This document shows positions 1 through 9,993 of a stretch of 49,273 nt of DNA, in pieces. The stretch spans positions 1 through 49,273 of the forward strand of contig PSPR01000005.1 in the NCBI GenBank assembly GCA_004195515.1, written 5' to 3'. The stretch is from Methanobacteriota archaeon (GTDB lineage: Archaea > Thermoplasmatota > Poseidoniia > Poseidoniales > Poseidoniaceae). A program made the position numbers and the translations under genes. Numbering within the stretch: position 1 is the first letter of the stretch; each line of letters opens with the position of its first letter. The notes beneath the pieces were generated by a model. That model was not told the DNA's origin, ran no database searches, and worked only from the letters and a program-made list of their open reading frames with translations.

Positions 1-2
1 AC

Positions 3-149
3 CCCCATAATGAAGCAGGCCTAGGAGCATGCAAATCCATTGTTGAGAGATGGGGTGGCATGGCGATTGAGGGATATGTTGGCATCGAATGTAATGGCCG
101 TACTGTACCCCATGTCCTTCATTTGGTTCAACTCGGCCGGGGCGATTGA
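3..149 (+). CDS. 3' end of a CDS truncated by the window edge (function unknown)
   Basis: Open frame PHNEAGLGACKSIVERWGG...LVQLGRGD* ending at TGA 147-149, directly abutting the next ATG at 150. Confidence 0.6.
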   Translation, partial: PHNEAGLGACKSIVERWGGMAIEGYVGIECNGRTVPHVLHLVQLGRGD

Positions 150-905
150 ATGCAGCCGGTTTGGCTAAGTGTAGACAGTGATGATCTACGTCATATACCC
201 TCAAGCCAAGGTCATCCAACCCGAAGTAAGGGTGTTGGGCATCAAGGGACTTCAGACCAAATGAAAAAAGCCATGCTCTCTTTTAGAAAATGGCTCGATT
301 CGACCCAAGTTAGTTTGACGGTTTTTGTGATAGCAGACCAATTGGATGACGAAATTTTTTCAAAATGGCTCAAAGATTTGCTCGACTCTCACCCCCAGAT
401 CACCGTCGGTTGCCACGGACTGACCCATCGTTGTTGGTCGGCTTTTCCTCCTGACGAGCAAGGATTGCTTGCAGCATTGGTCGAGGCTGATGTCCAACTT
501 CACCAATTTGCTGGTGACCAATGGCGGCCGTGGTTTAGAGCACCGGCCGGATATATCGCGCCTTGGATGGCTCCAGTAATAGCCAAAGCAGGATTTGAAT
601 TAGATTCCTCGGTTAACCCCTCGTGGTTGACCAGAAAAAAAGCCGGGCCATGGAAGGATTGGAACGCGGTGAAAAAAGCCCTCAAGGATTCCGGTTTGGT
701 CTCAATGCCTTGGTTAACAAAATTTGGGTTGCCAACATGTGGCCCGGCTTTATCGATTTTCCCGCTCTCGCTAATCGCAAAATCAGCCTGGAAAAAACTT
801 GGGCCAGCCGTAATGCCAGATGAGGCAGTTGCGACCGTATATTGGCATATTTTGGACCATGGGCGCAACAAAGGCACTTGGAAACCGCCGCTTAACTTCG
901 GGTGA
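150..905 (+). CDS. Polysaccharide deacetylase (NodB/CE4-like) family protein
   Basis: LSVDSDD (TFDD-like), HGLTH metal-binding motif, FRAPAG motif, DSS motif. Confidence 0.75.
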   Translation: MQPVWLSVDSDDLRHIPSSQGHPTRSKGVGHQGTSDQMKKAMLSFRKWLDSTQVSLTVFVIADQLDDEIFSKWLKDLLDSHPQITVGCHGLTHRCWSAFPPDEQGLLAALVEADVQLHQFAGDQWRPWFRAPAGYIAPWMAPVIAKAGFELDSSVNPSWLTRKKAGPWKDWNAVKKALKDSGLVSMPWLTKFGLPTCGPALSIFPLSLIAKSAWKKLGPAVMPDEAVATVYWHILDHGRNKGTWKPPLNFG

Positions 906-2292
906 AAACTCTCCATTGGCCGCCGCCGTTGAAAATATCGGCCTTCCCGCTATTTTCTAAGGTCCAACCATCAGGACTTTCGGTTATTTCAGGGGCTAGA
1001 ACTATCCAGTCAATATGGTTTAATTCCATATTTAGTTGGTTTTGCCAATCTGCTTCATCGCTTCTCCAATGACCGGTAATATTCATTTTTGCAGCGTCTA
1101 GTGGTTGATGGAATGTGTAAAGATAATGCATGCCTAAAGTGCCATCCGAAACGAAAAGAAAGTGTTCGCCCATTTCTAAATCCATTTCTTCAGCCGCTTC
1201 ATCGGTCCAATATGATTGACCGTGTAAACCAGCGATTAGAGAGAATGGTAATATTAGTAGAATGCCAATAATTGCCCTTTTTTGATTCCAATCAATTTTG
1301 GGATCGATCCACTTGACAATTAGATAGGCCGGGAATAGTATAATGGTAATATATCGGCCATTATTTCCCATTATAGCCATGTGCCACGGCCATTCTGAAT
1401 TCCATAGAATCGATTCGTAAGCCCACAAAACCGCGACATACATTGTGATAAAACCAGCCATTGAACCGACCATCAAAGCTAATTCACCGACTCTTCGATC
1501 GTTAATATCTGCCATTTTTACCCATGTGGTTTTTGCAATTGGCCATAGCACCATCGCAAATAATCCATAGATAATGATCACATCAACAAAGGCAAATGGC
1601 ACCGAATACAAGAATCTAATCGGCTCATCGATTATCACTTTTGGTGTGCCAATACCCAATACCCCCATCACCAATACCATTGAAATCCCACCAGCAAAAC
1701 CGCCGACCAGCATTCTTTTTGGCCGGAAAAATCTATCGGGAATATATGCACTTCCGGCCATAATTAATGCTAATACCATTAATATTGGATGAAGCGAATA
1801 CCCTTTTACCGCGATAATTCCAGTAAAAGCAACAAATGCAACTAGTTTCCATGCGATATTGGATTTTTGTCCTGAGGCCATGATAAACGCCATTGCAACA
1901 ATGGCGAACAAAATCATGATTATTGGCTCTTGATATCCCCGACCAATAGCAAAAATCAATGCTGGATTTATGGCGATTAGTGCGGCGATTTTTAAATCAT
2001 ATCTGGCGGTTAATCCAATAAATAATAAAAAGAAAATCAACCCTGTAAGCGTACTAAAACCACTAGTGAAACCAGTAACTACCTTTGCATCATCAGGCTC
2101 AGATGCGGTAGGGTCAGACAATCGGGTATCACCCCAATCAAGAGCATATCCACCTTCGACTTCGATATAAGCCGCTCTTACATGGGAATCAAGACCAGCA
2201 TCGCTCACGATAGTAGAGCTGATTGAAAGAAGGATTCCTAAAGCCAAAACCGAATACCAAAAACGGTTAGGCTCGTCTTTAAACCACTTCAT
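892..2292 (-). CDS. Multi-pass membrane protein, possibly GT-C-like glycosyltransferase
   Basis: About 10-11 hydrophobic segments, 'NPALIF' and 'GRY' loop motifs, soluble C-terminus; start set at MKWFK (2292). Confidence 0.5.
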   Translation of the reverse strand: MKWFKDEPNRFWYSVLALGILLSISSTIVSDAGLDSHVRAAYIEVEGGYALDWGDTRLSDPTASEPDDAKVVTGFTSGFSTLTGLIFFLLFIGLTARYDLKIAALIAINPALIFAIGRGYQEPIIMILFAIVAMAFIMASGQKSNIAWKLVAFVAFTGIIAVKGYSLHPILMVLALIMAGSAYIPDRFFRPKRMLVGGFAGGISMVLVMGVLGIGTPKVIIDEPIRFLYSVPFAFVDVIIIYGLFAMVLWPIAKTTWVKMADINDRRVGELALMVGSMAGFITMYVAVLWAYESILWNSEWPWHMAIMGNNGRYITIILFPAYLIVKWIDPKIDWNQKRAIIGILLILPFSLIAGLHGQSYWTDEAAEEMDLEMGEHFLFVSDGTLGMHYLYTFHQPLDAAKMNITGHWRSDEADWQNQLNMELNHIDWIVLAPEITESPDGWTLENSGKADIFNGGGQWRVFTRS

Positions 2293-2346
2293 CAACCTCG
2301 CCCAAACCACCGTCTGCTTCAATCCTTTTGTCTGCATCGGCCAAAC

Positions 2347-3363
2347 ATGACCGGGGCTTTAGATGGGATTAAGATAGTGGATTTGTCACGAATTCTGGCT
2401 GGACCATACTGCACTCAGATGCTTTGTGACCTCGGGGCTACAGTTGTGAAAGTTGAAGCTCCTTGGGGAGATGATACCAGAGGCTGGGGACCGCCATTTT
2501 TGGACGATGGTACCGCGGCGTACCATCTTTCTTGCAATAGTGGTAAGGAAATTATCAATGTAAATTTGAAATCCGACCCCGGGGTCATACATGCTCTTTT
2601 GGAAGATGCAGATGTAGTTGTTGAGAACTTCAGACCAGGTCAATTGGAACGAATTATTGGTCCACTTTCAGATCACCTAATCGTTTGCTCGATAACCGGC
2701 TTTGGCCAAACTGGGCCGCGGTCCCAAGAACCGGGCTACGATCTCGCATTGCAAGCGATGAGCGGCATTATGTCGGTAACCGGTCAAGAGGGAGCCAGCC
2801 CGGTAAAGGTAGGGGTGGCGTGGATTGATATCATCACTGGACTATACGCGGGTAATGCGATTCTTGCAGCACTTTTCGAGCGTGAAAGGAATGGGAAAAC
2901 CCAACGTCTTGATATTTCATTATGGGATTGTGCTATCGCCTCGTTAGCAAATCAAGGGCAAAATTTCCTAATTTCGGGTCAAAACCCTGGCCTGATGGGT
3001 TCAAGCCATCCAAATCTTGTGCCTTACCAAGCATTCGAAGCATCCGATGGTTGGATAATTATCGCCATCGGTTCGGACGGGCAATGGAATAAATTCTGTA
3101 AAAAAATGAATGTAGAATTAAATTGGATTACAAATCAAGAAAGGGTAGTCAACCGAACCGAAGTTGTAAGATTCGTTCAAAACTTGGTTCAAAATAAAAC
3201 CAAACAAGAAATTCAAATTCTTTTAGAAGGAATCCCAACCTCTCCAATCAACAGTATTTCAGAGGCTTTAACCGATCCTCAATCGGTCGCAAGAGGAGTT
3301 ATAACTCAGTTTGAGGGCAATCCAATCTTAGCAAGCCCTCTAAGATTCATGACTTCAGAATGA
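2347..3363 (+). CDS. CoA-transferase family III (CaiB/BaiF)
   Basis: DLSRILAGPYCTQ, GDDTR, ENFRPG, SITGFGQTGP, GYD motifs. Confidence 0.93.
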   Translation: MTGALDGIKIVDLSRILAGPYCTQMLCDLGATVVKVEAPWGDDTRGWGPPFLDDGTAAYHLSCNSGKEIINVNLKSDPGVIHALLEDADVVVENFRPGQLERIIGPLSDHLIVCSITGFGQTGPRSQEPGYDLALQAMSGIMSVTGQEGASPVKVGVAWIDIITGLYAGNAILAALFERERNGKTQRLDISLWDCAIASLANQGQNFLISGQNPGLMGSSHPNLVPYQAFEASDGWIIIAIGSDGQWNKFCKKMNVELNWITNQERVVNRTEVVRFVQNLVQNKTKQEIQILLEGIPTSPINSISEALTDPQSVARGVITQFEGNPILASPLRFMTSE

Positions 3364-4383
3364 AAATAATGAAGTTTGACCACCGGTTCTAACCAAACCA
3401 GCCTCTTCCAAAGAATCCATCGCATTGTCGAAGCGTTTTTGGCTGAATTGACGTTCATCGATCAAGAATTTTTTCAAACCTTCAACATCGACTTCTCCTT
3501 GAACCAAATCTTTATCGGGAATTTCGACAACTGGGTGATTAGCAAATACCTCTCGAATCTCATCCAATCTTTCAGGGATTTCTTTGTCCTTTTGGGCGCA
3601 AATCTCCTCGATTGTGCCATGAGCTTTAATTAATTTCAATCCGGTTTTTGGACCAATGCCTTTGATTCCCGGATGAAAATCGGTCCCAATCATAATTGCT
3701 AAATCGATTAACTGCGACATTGTCAATTCGTTATCATTCAATAGTTGAGCCAAATCAATTTGTTGTGCATGAACTATTCGGCCCATACGGCGCGAACCAC
3801 CAGTAGTAAAATTTCGAATTACGACCGGAGCTCCATAGAGCAACGCATCCCAATCCTGGGTTGCGACAACGTCCAATTGTCCATTTGCAGCCATCACCGC
3901 AGCCTGTGCTTCGCCTTCTGCTTGTGCTCGAAATGCCGGAATCCCCATCAAATGGAGCATCTCCATGGTTTCCTCAACCATTTCTGGAGTATATTTGACA
4001 CAGCGCTGAGCCATTTTTTGTGCGGTAGCAAAATCGCCAGCGTCCAGCGCTGCTTTCCATTCGATTTCGGCTTTTTCGCGGCGAGCCCTACGGGCAGCCA
4101 TCTCATCTTTCTTCAATTCAGGATGCTTGCCATCAAAAATGAAAACCGGCTTTACACCTTTCGATAACATGGTGGTCGCACGTGATAAAAATCCCATTAA
4201 ATGTGCTACCACTTTACCATTATCCGCTCGAAGGGGCCCACCGTCACCGGTCGGAGAGCGATCTCGGATGGTTGTTAAAAATTGAAATGCTAACAAGAAG
4301 GAATCGACTCCTACCCTTTTGCCTTTCATAGCAGCCATGGTTGTATTCTCGGGTGAAGTGAGATCGCGCAGGTTGCAGCCCAT
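3355..4383 (-). CDS. fen: Flap endonuclease 1
   Basis: QFLTTIRD, PVFIFDG, EGEAQAA, QDWDALLYG, GTDFHPGIKGIGPKTG; C-terminal PIP box QTSLFSF. Confidence 0.96.
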   Translation of the reverse strand: MGCNLRDLTSPENTTMAAMKGKRVGVDSFLLAFQFLTTIRDRSPTGDGGPLRADNGKVVAHLMGFLSRATTMLSKGVKPVFIFDGKHPELKKDEMAARRARREKAEIEWKAALDAGDFATAQKMAQRCVKYTPEMVEETMEMLHLMGIPAFRAQAEGEAQAAVMAANGQLDVVATQDWDALLYGAPVVIRNFTTGGSRRMGRIVHAQQIDLAQLLNDNELTMSQLIDLAIMIGTDFHPGIKGIGPKTGLKLIKAHGTIEEICAQKDKEIPERLDEIREVFANHPVVEIPDKDLVQGEVDVEGLKKFLIDERQFSQKRFDNAMDSLEEAGLVRTGGQTSLFSF

Positions 4384-4483
4384 AATGCGACCCCGGGGTC
4401 GCGTTTCCATCAATGTTTGGTCCTAACTTACAATAGTGAGAGAATGAAAAGGATTGAATCTATACCACCCCCCCGGGCTGAAT

Positions 4484-5500
4484 ATGGCGGTGATATCCTT
4501 GCGCGGCTGGCACCCAGCAATCGCCAGAGCAGAAGCGGAAGCGATGTTTGATCAAGCCTTGATTACTCGCGGCGATTCTCGTCGTTTGCTTATCGCTGAG
4601 GGCGATTGTGATTGGGAAAAAGCCGAAATCATGTCCGGGACAGAATGTGTACTGACCGATGGAGGAATCTGCGATTGGACCAGCCTCGATGATTTATTGT
4701 CTCAAATAAAGGTCGAGAAGACCGAGAATATGGCGGTGGTTTGCTGGCGTCACGAAGGTAAACTTCCAATTGGAACCAAAGAGATAGAAAGGGCTGTTGG
4801 TGGAAAATTCCATCGTGAAAATTCAACGTTTAATCTTCAAAATCCAAGCAAACGCTTCGGCGTAGTACTCGATGCCTCAGCGGGGATGGTCGCCTGGGGC
4901 TGGATGGTCGGGCAAGGTCCAGGAAAGCATGGCTGGTCATCGATGAGAGCCAATAATAGGCCATTTTTCAGGCCGGTCAGCCTCGAGCCGCGCTTAGCGA
5001 GAGCAGCGGTAAATATCGCTGCTGGGACCAACGAAGGATTGGTCGTAGACCCCATGTGTGGAACCGGCGGAATCCTGATAGAATCTGGATGGGCAAAACG
5101 AAAAACCCTCGGGGTTGATTTTGATCCTGAAATGGTGATTGGAACCAAAGCAAATCTCGAATGGGCAGGGGTTGAGGCGGTTGTTGAAAGAGGCGATTCG
5201 ACCAGATATGAATTTCCAGCCGATATTTGTGCGGTAGTAGTTGACCCTCCTTACGGACGAAATTCCCAGCCTTCCGAAAGTAAATTATTGGTAAAAACCT
5301 TGGAAAATTTGCGGGTGCGTTGTGGTGATTTCAAATTGGTTCTGATAATACCATGCTCCCCAGAACTTGCAAATCTAGATGAAGAAATAAAACCCGAATT
5401 AGAATTGTTCGGTTTTGAAATAATTGCAGCTTTCGGTATTCCAGTACACAAGTCACTAGCAAGAAAAATGATCATTGCAACAACTTTGCCTCTAGATTAA
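4484..5500 (+). CDS. tRNA (guanine-N2)-methyltransferase, Trm11/TrmG10-like
   Basis: RPFFRPVSLEPRLARA, DPMCGTGGILIE, DPPYGR, VHKSLAR motifs. Confidence 0.85.
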   Translation: MAVISLRGWHPAIARAEAEAMFDQALITRGDSRRLLIAEGDCDWEKAEIMSGTECVLTDGGICDWTSLDDLLSQIKVEKTENMAVVCWRHEGKLPIGTKEIERAVGGKFHRENSTFNLQNPSKRFGVVLDASAGMVAWGWMVGQGPGKHGWSSMRANNRPFFRPVSLEPRLARAAVNIAAGTNEGLVVDPMCGTGGILIESGWAKRKTLGVDFDPEMVIGTKANLEWAGVEAVVERGDSTRYEFPADICAVVVDPPYGRNSQPSESKLLVKTLENLRVRCGDFKLVLIIPCSPELANLDEEIKPELELFGFEIIAAFGIPVHKSLARKMIIATTLPLD

Positions 5501-5873
5501 GCAAACTCAACGCGTCTTCTTCGGTCGGTTCATCAAATTCTGAAGTATGGGGGCATATATCATCTAATATTGCATTATTTTCATCGTTTAATACGATTGG
5601 AAAGGTCCTGCAACCCTTTGGTCTTGAATCATATACTGAGCAAACACCTGGCGCGTATTTCTCTTTGGAATTCGTCGCTAAGAAAACACAAGCTAATGTA
5701 GACTCATTATTCAGCAATCTTCGAATTCCCTCCTCATCCTTTGAACAAAACTGATCTTCTTTCATTCCGGTCCTCCGCTCCAGCCGGCTGGCCTCGGCCG
5801 CGGTCAATGGCATCGTGGTTTCCCGGCAGCAAATGCTGCAGCCTTCGCGAACACACGGCAGGGACTTGCTCAT
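5472..5873 (-). CDS. YkgJ-family zinc/iron-chelating cysteine cluster protein
   Basis: CxxxCxxCC, CVFL, CSVYDSRPKGCRTFP; GGTGA RBS before MSKSLP (longer ORF call runs into the tRNA). Confidence 0.85.
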   Translation of the reverse strand: MSKSLPCVREGCSICCRETTMPLTAAEASRLERRTGMKEDQFCSKDEEGIRRLLNNESTLACVFLATNSKEKYAPGVCSVYDSRPKGCRTFPIVLNDENNAILDDICPHTSEFDEPTEEDALSLLNLEAKLLQ

Positions 5874-5949
5874 ATCACCGCCTAATCGATTTGGCATTTC
5901 AATAAGCAGGGGGGTTTGATTCAAAAAGGATAGGCTTTTGGCCCGGATA

Positions 5950-6023
5950 GGGCAATTAGGGTAGCCTGGATATCCTGACGGGCTTCGAACCCGTCGACGC
6001 GGGTTCGAATCCTGCATTGCCCA
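5950..6023 (+). tRNA. tRNA-Arg (anticodon TCG)
   Basis: Acceptor GGGCAAT/ATTGCCC, anticodon stem ACGGG-CT TCG AA-CCCGT, T-loop GGTTCGAATCC. Confidence 0.95.
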
Positions 6024-6206
6024 CCTCGTACTGCAGGGTATTGTACACGGTGGTCAACTAGCCGAGAACTTCCCTCGCTGCGCTCAGTCCAGTTCTCAGG
6101 CTGCATTGCCCGCCTTGTACTGCAGAGTTTTGTACACGGCGGTCAACTGGCCGAGAACTTCCCTCGCTGCGCTCAGTCCAGTTCTCTGGCTGCATTGCCC
6201 GCCTTG
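6012..6206 (+). repeat. tRNA-Arg-linked 89-bp tandem repeat (2 full units plus a partial)
   Basis: Units start at 6012, 6101 and 6190, each with the tRNA 3' end CTGCATTGCCC; two hairpins per unit. Confidence 0.92.
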
Positions 6207-6208
6207 AA

Positions 6209-7207
6209 TTAACGAGTAAAGATAGTAACTTTCTCATCGCCCCATTTTTCTTCTTTCTTCTCGTCAAAATTCGAAAGGTCAAATGATGCAATATATGGCT
6301 CCTTATGAGTTATAGATGACCTGATAAGAATGAACTCATCGATCAAATTTTGTTCGATGAATTTGTTGATGGTTTTCGGCCCACCTTCTACCAATAGTCG
6401 TTGAATTTCTAAATCTCCAAGTAGATCTAACATCGATTCGATTCCGTTAAAATCATCGGTTAAATGACGGGTCGCTCCACCATCTATGAGCACCTTTGCA
6501 TCTTTCGGAATTCGGTTATTAGGATCGATGATTACCCTTAATGGCTGACGTTTGGAATCGACTAACCTGATAGTTAGCGCAGGATTATCTCGGATTACGG
6601 TTTCAGCACCGACCAAAATTGCACAGCAATCCTTTCTCAAATGATGGACTTTGGTCAGACATTGTTCCGAGGTAAATCTCCCCGCGTCTCCGGCTCTATC
6701 ATCGACAGAATAATTTGCATCGACTGCAACCTTGACTGTAACCCATGGTCGACGATTATTACACCAATGCAGGAATTCACGCATTTGGATGCTCGCTTCA
6801 TCAGCCATCAAGCCGATTCTGACCTTGATCCCAGCCTGTTCTAAGACTTTGATTCCGTTACCCCTAACGAGTGGGTTAGGATCTTCACATGCGATGATAA
6901 CCTCGCCAATTCCTGCCCAAAGCAATGCTTCTGTGCACGGCGGAGTTCTTCCAAAGTGATTACAAGGCTCAAGGGTAACATATGCGGTTGCACCATTGGT
7001 ATTATGGCCGTTTTGTTCGGCATCATGAATTGCCATTTGCTCTGCATGTAGCCCACCGATATGGTCGTGCCAGCCTTCTGCGATGACTTCGCCGTCCTTG
7101 ACCAGAACACAACCAACAAGTGGATTTGGACTGACCTTTCCTCGACCGCGCTCAGCGACTTCTATGGCTCGGGCCATATGTTTGAGGTCGGCGACACTCC
7201 AGTCCAT
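6209..7207 (-). CDS. ribD: Bifunctional riboflavin biosynthesis deaminase/reductase
   Basis: PNPLVGCV, HAEQ, TLEPCNHFGRTPPC, ILVGAETV, VEGG motifs. Confidence 0.95.
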   Translation of the reverse strand: MDWSVADLKHMARAIEVAERGRGKVSPNPLVGCVLVKDGEVIAEGWHDHIGGLHAEQMAIHDAEQNGHNTNGATAYVTLEPCNHFGRTPPCTEALLWAGIGEVIIACEDPNPLVRGNGIKVLEQAGIKVRIGLMADEASIQMREFLHWCNNRRPWVTVKVAVDANYSVDDRAGDAGRFTSEQCLTKVHHLRKDCCAILVGAETVIRDNPALTIRLVDSKRQPLRVIIDPNNRIPKDAKVLIDGGATRHLTDDFNGIESMLDLLGDLEIQRLLVEGGPKTINKFIEQNLIDEFILIRSSITHKEPYIASFDLSNFDEKKEEKWGDEKVTIFTR

Positions 7208-7295
7208 CGAGAGAGTGGAAGTGGCAATAGGTCATGACTCCATCGGCGTTTATCGATAGATGGTTTGATTGCCTTGTTTAGTTCTGGACCTACTC

Positions 7296-8324
7296 ATGGA
7301 CCACTTACATTGTATCGTTAACCCGGCCAGCCGGGACCATACATGCGGTAAGCGCTGGCCGAAAGTGGTAGAAAAACTACAAGCCCGTGGATTTGAAGTT
7401 ACAACCCATATGACCGAAAGGGTCGGTCATGCTAGCGAAATTGCATGGAAATTGCGTCAAGATGGTATCGATGGATTAGTCGTCGCCGTGGGCGGCGACG
7501 GCACGGTACACGAAGTCGCCTCAGGACTTCGTGGCGGAGATGTTCCTATGGGGATTTTACCATTCGGTTCTGGAAATGATTACGCTATAACTCAAGGGAT
7601 TCCAAGAAAAAATATCGACGGGGCAATTGAAATTCTCGCCTCCGGCGTGAATCGCCGCTGCGCGGCGTGGCGCCTCGAAGGCTTCCCAGCGGAATCAGCC
7701 CCTGGCTATTCCGCTCCAACCCAAAACCACTGGGATGGCAAACCATCTTCGAAAGACAAGATAGTTAGATGGGTGTTTCTAGAGTCCGACGCTGGAATAA
7801 CCAGTTCGATTTCTCGTGCAAAATTACATCGCGCAAAATGGATCAAAGGCAATAAAAAATATACTTATCTCGGCGTCACAACAATCCCATTTTGGAAACG
7901 ACGCAAAATCTGGTTAAAATTGGATGATAACGCTGGAAAAATCACCGATTTCACCATGTTTGCTGCAACCACGGGTGAAACTTTTGGTGGTGGGTACAAA
8001 GTTTGCCCAGGCGTCACTCCTGTCGATGAAAACGGCTCTTTGGTATTCGGACCACGTTTTTCTAGAATCGCAATGCTCTCTTTGATGGGACCGATGAAAA
8101 AAGGCAAACATATCGGAAAATGGGGAATAACTCAAGTTCAAGCAAACCGAATCGAGATCAAACCAGTAAGCAAAGACGGTTCGGTTAGTGAAACCCCAAT
8201 CGACCCGATCACTTGGGTTCAGACCGATGGCGAACCGGTGATTACCGCCCCAGCGTTACTGGAATGGAAAACCGAGCAATTACTTGTTCGAGGTGCTGCA
8301 GATGTACCTTGGGCTTCACAATGA
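7296..8324 (+). CDS. Diacylglycerol/lipid kinase family protein (YegS/DgkB-like)
   Basis: IVNPAS, GGDGTVHEV, PFGSGNDYA, FGGG, QTDGE. Confidence 0.9.
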   Translation: MDHLHCIVNPASRDHTCGKRWPKVVEKLQARGFEVTTHMTERVGHASEIAWKLRQDGIDGLVVAVGGDGTVHEVASGLRGGDVPMGILPFGSGNDYAITQGIPRKNIDGAIEILASGVNRRCAAWRLEGFPAESAPGYSAPTQNHWDGKPSSKDKIVRWVFLESDAGITSSISRAKLHRAKWIKGNKKYTYLGVTTIPFWKRRKIWLKLDDNAGKITDFTMFAATTGETFGGGYKVCPGVTPVDENGSLVFGPRFSRIAMLSLMGPMKKGKHIGKWGITQVQANRIEIKPVSKDGSVSETPIDPITWVQTDGEPVITAPALLEWKTEQLLVRGAADVPWASQ

Positions 8325-9764
8325 GAAATCATCGAAGTCATCATCTGCAACCGAACTTCGCCTAACGGGTTCAGGGGTTTTTTGCGGCGGCTGTTGTTCT
8401 TCGGTAACAGCTCTTTTCTTTACAGAACGCCGTTTAACCGGTTTAGCTGCCTCGGTAGGACTTGCTGCCCTAGATGGTTGAGTTGCTATCGATGAACTCC
8501 TCATCGCTGAAGAAAAGTGTCCTTTCTTATCAGAAACAGACTCAGGTTGAGAATAAGTCTGGCCTCTTGATGGCCCAGAAGGGGCCGATGAAACCGGATT
8601 AACCGATGAAACCGAATTAACCGGTGAATGAGATACAACAGGTTCTACCGGTTCAATTTGAGAATCCACCATGTCGGCAGCAGACTCGGTGATGGTTACT
8701 CCACCACCCGAAAACTCGCCTGGGCCGCCGATTGAATGCCCGGAGGATAATACCGAATCAAGACTAAACCCTGCAAGTCGTTCTGAAGGTTCTTCATTGA
8801 TAACCTCTCTCTTAGGCGTCGCTTTTGGTTTGGCTCTAGTCTCAGAACTGGAACTGATGTTTTCCGCACGGTCCTTTTTGAGATCCTTTTTCATCTGAAC
8901 CGCTTTCTCAAAGCCTTCTCTTCCCAATAATGTCTTGGCGGTTGAAGTCGCACCTTGACGCATCAACATTGTCGATACGATGTACAAACCGAAACCGCCA
9001 CCGCCTGCTGCGATCATGAAGAAGAAGAGGAAAGTCCAGCCGCCAAATATATCGGTATCGCCCATAGACCATTCATCCTCATCGTCACCTTCCATTGTTA
9101 CAACGCCGGTTTCGGTGGTAATTTTGGTGATGACCATCGCATGTCCTTGACCGAGGACAACACAGCTATCATCGACTTCAATCGAACCTCGTGTGACGTT
9201 CAGGACATAGCCGTCGATGGTGATTGCTTGGTGCCAATCTTCGAGAATATTGAGATTATCGGCGATATTTTCCGAGCCAGGGATGATTCCAATGACTGCC
9301 CAATCGGCTTCAAATTCTGAAATTTTATTGCCGACTTTTTCTTGAGGGGTCAAGGGGCTAATCCACGGTTTTAAATCGACTCTTCCACCCTTACCTTCTT
9401 CGACATTTTTCGCCTCATTAAAACTCATTTTGTGAATGATGACCGATGCACCGATGGCTTGTTCGTGGTCAACCGCATCATCGGTATGACTTTCGTAGAT
9501 AATAGAGGTTAGCAATTGGCCGGTCACAGAAATTTTATTTCGGTCACAAATTGATTCTGAGTCAACCGAATAATCGATCAAATTAATGGTCTCATCATAT
9601 GCAACAGTACCGATTCCAGAATGGATTTTGGCATCTTTGCCAACGAATTCAACATGGATTTCTCCGGTTCCTTTGCCCCAGTCTGGGGTTGGTGCAGAAA
9701 GACATCCTGCCAAAATAAACATGGCGCAAAGCAGCAAAGCGAGTCGTACCCGAGTACCGGCCAT
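8316..9764 (-). CDS. Hypothetical membrane (lipo)protein with disordered C-terminal tail
   Basis: LAGC lipobox-like signal, central TM segment, Ser/Pro-rich tail. Confidence 0.7.
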   Translation of the reverse strand: MAGTRVRLALLLCAMFILAGCLSAPTPDWGKGTGEIHVEFVGKDAKIHSGIGTVAYDETINLIDYSVDSESICDRNKISVTGQLLTSIIYESHTDDAVDHEQAIGASVIIHKMSFNEAKNVEEGKGGRVDLKPWISPLTPQEKVGNKISEFEADWAVIGIIPGSENIADNLNILEDWHQAITIDGYVLNVTRGSIEVDDSCVVLGQGHAMVITKITTETGVVTMEGDDEDEWSMGDTDIFGGWTFLFFFMIAAGGGGFGLYIVSTMLMRQGATSTAKTLLGREGFEKAVQMKKDLKKDRAENISSSSETRAKPKATPKREVINEEPSERLAGFSLDSVLSSGHSIGGPGEFSGGGVTITESAADMVDSQIEPVEPVVSHSPVNSVSSVNPVSSAPSGPSRGQTYSQPESVSDKKGHFSSAMRSSSIATQPSRAASPTEAAKPVKRRSVKKRAVTEEQQPPQKTPEPVRRSSVADDDFDDFSL

Positions 9765-9842
9765 GAGGTACCTACGGTACCTAGGACTTTGTGAACCCTT
9801 GGGTTTGTTTGGCTTTGTATTAGGTAAAATGTGTTGGGGGAT

Positions 9843-9993
9843 TGGTGTGCGCGGAGAGAGATTCTCATCAATTAGTTATGTTGGGATTAGATTCTAATTG
9901 ATGACTACGCCGATAACGGTTGTACTGAATAAAAATGTACAGTTCTCGACTAGTTCGAATCTCTCTCACCGCTTGTTCTGAATAATATTGAAG
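9843..9993 (-). repeat. tRNA-Ser 3' trailer element (antisense copy of tRNA end, shared core, sense copy)
   Basis: 9952-9972 is an inverted copy (20/21) of tRNA 9995-10015; 9849-9864 is a direct partial copy; core homologous to the tRNA-Leu trailer. Confidence 0.88.

Noticed and set aside
6012-6206. Possible CRISPR array (also 47689-47870)
   Set aside because: Repeats are 78-89 bp, have only 2-3 copies, derive from tRNA ends and lack unique spacers of regular size; no cas genes in the window.
5874-6291. ORFs 5921-6106 and 6058-6291 and the N-terminal extension of 5472-6017
   Set aside because: Antisense translations of tRNA-Arg and its tandem repeats.
9860-9890. dif-like site (TTATGTT resembles a XerD arm)
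   Set aside because: Left arm and 6-bp spacer geometry do not match; only a 7-bp similarity.
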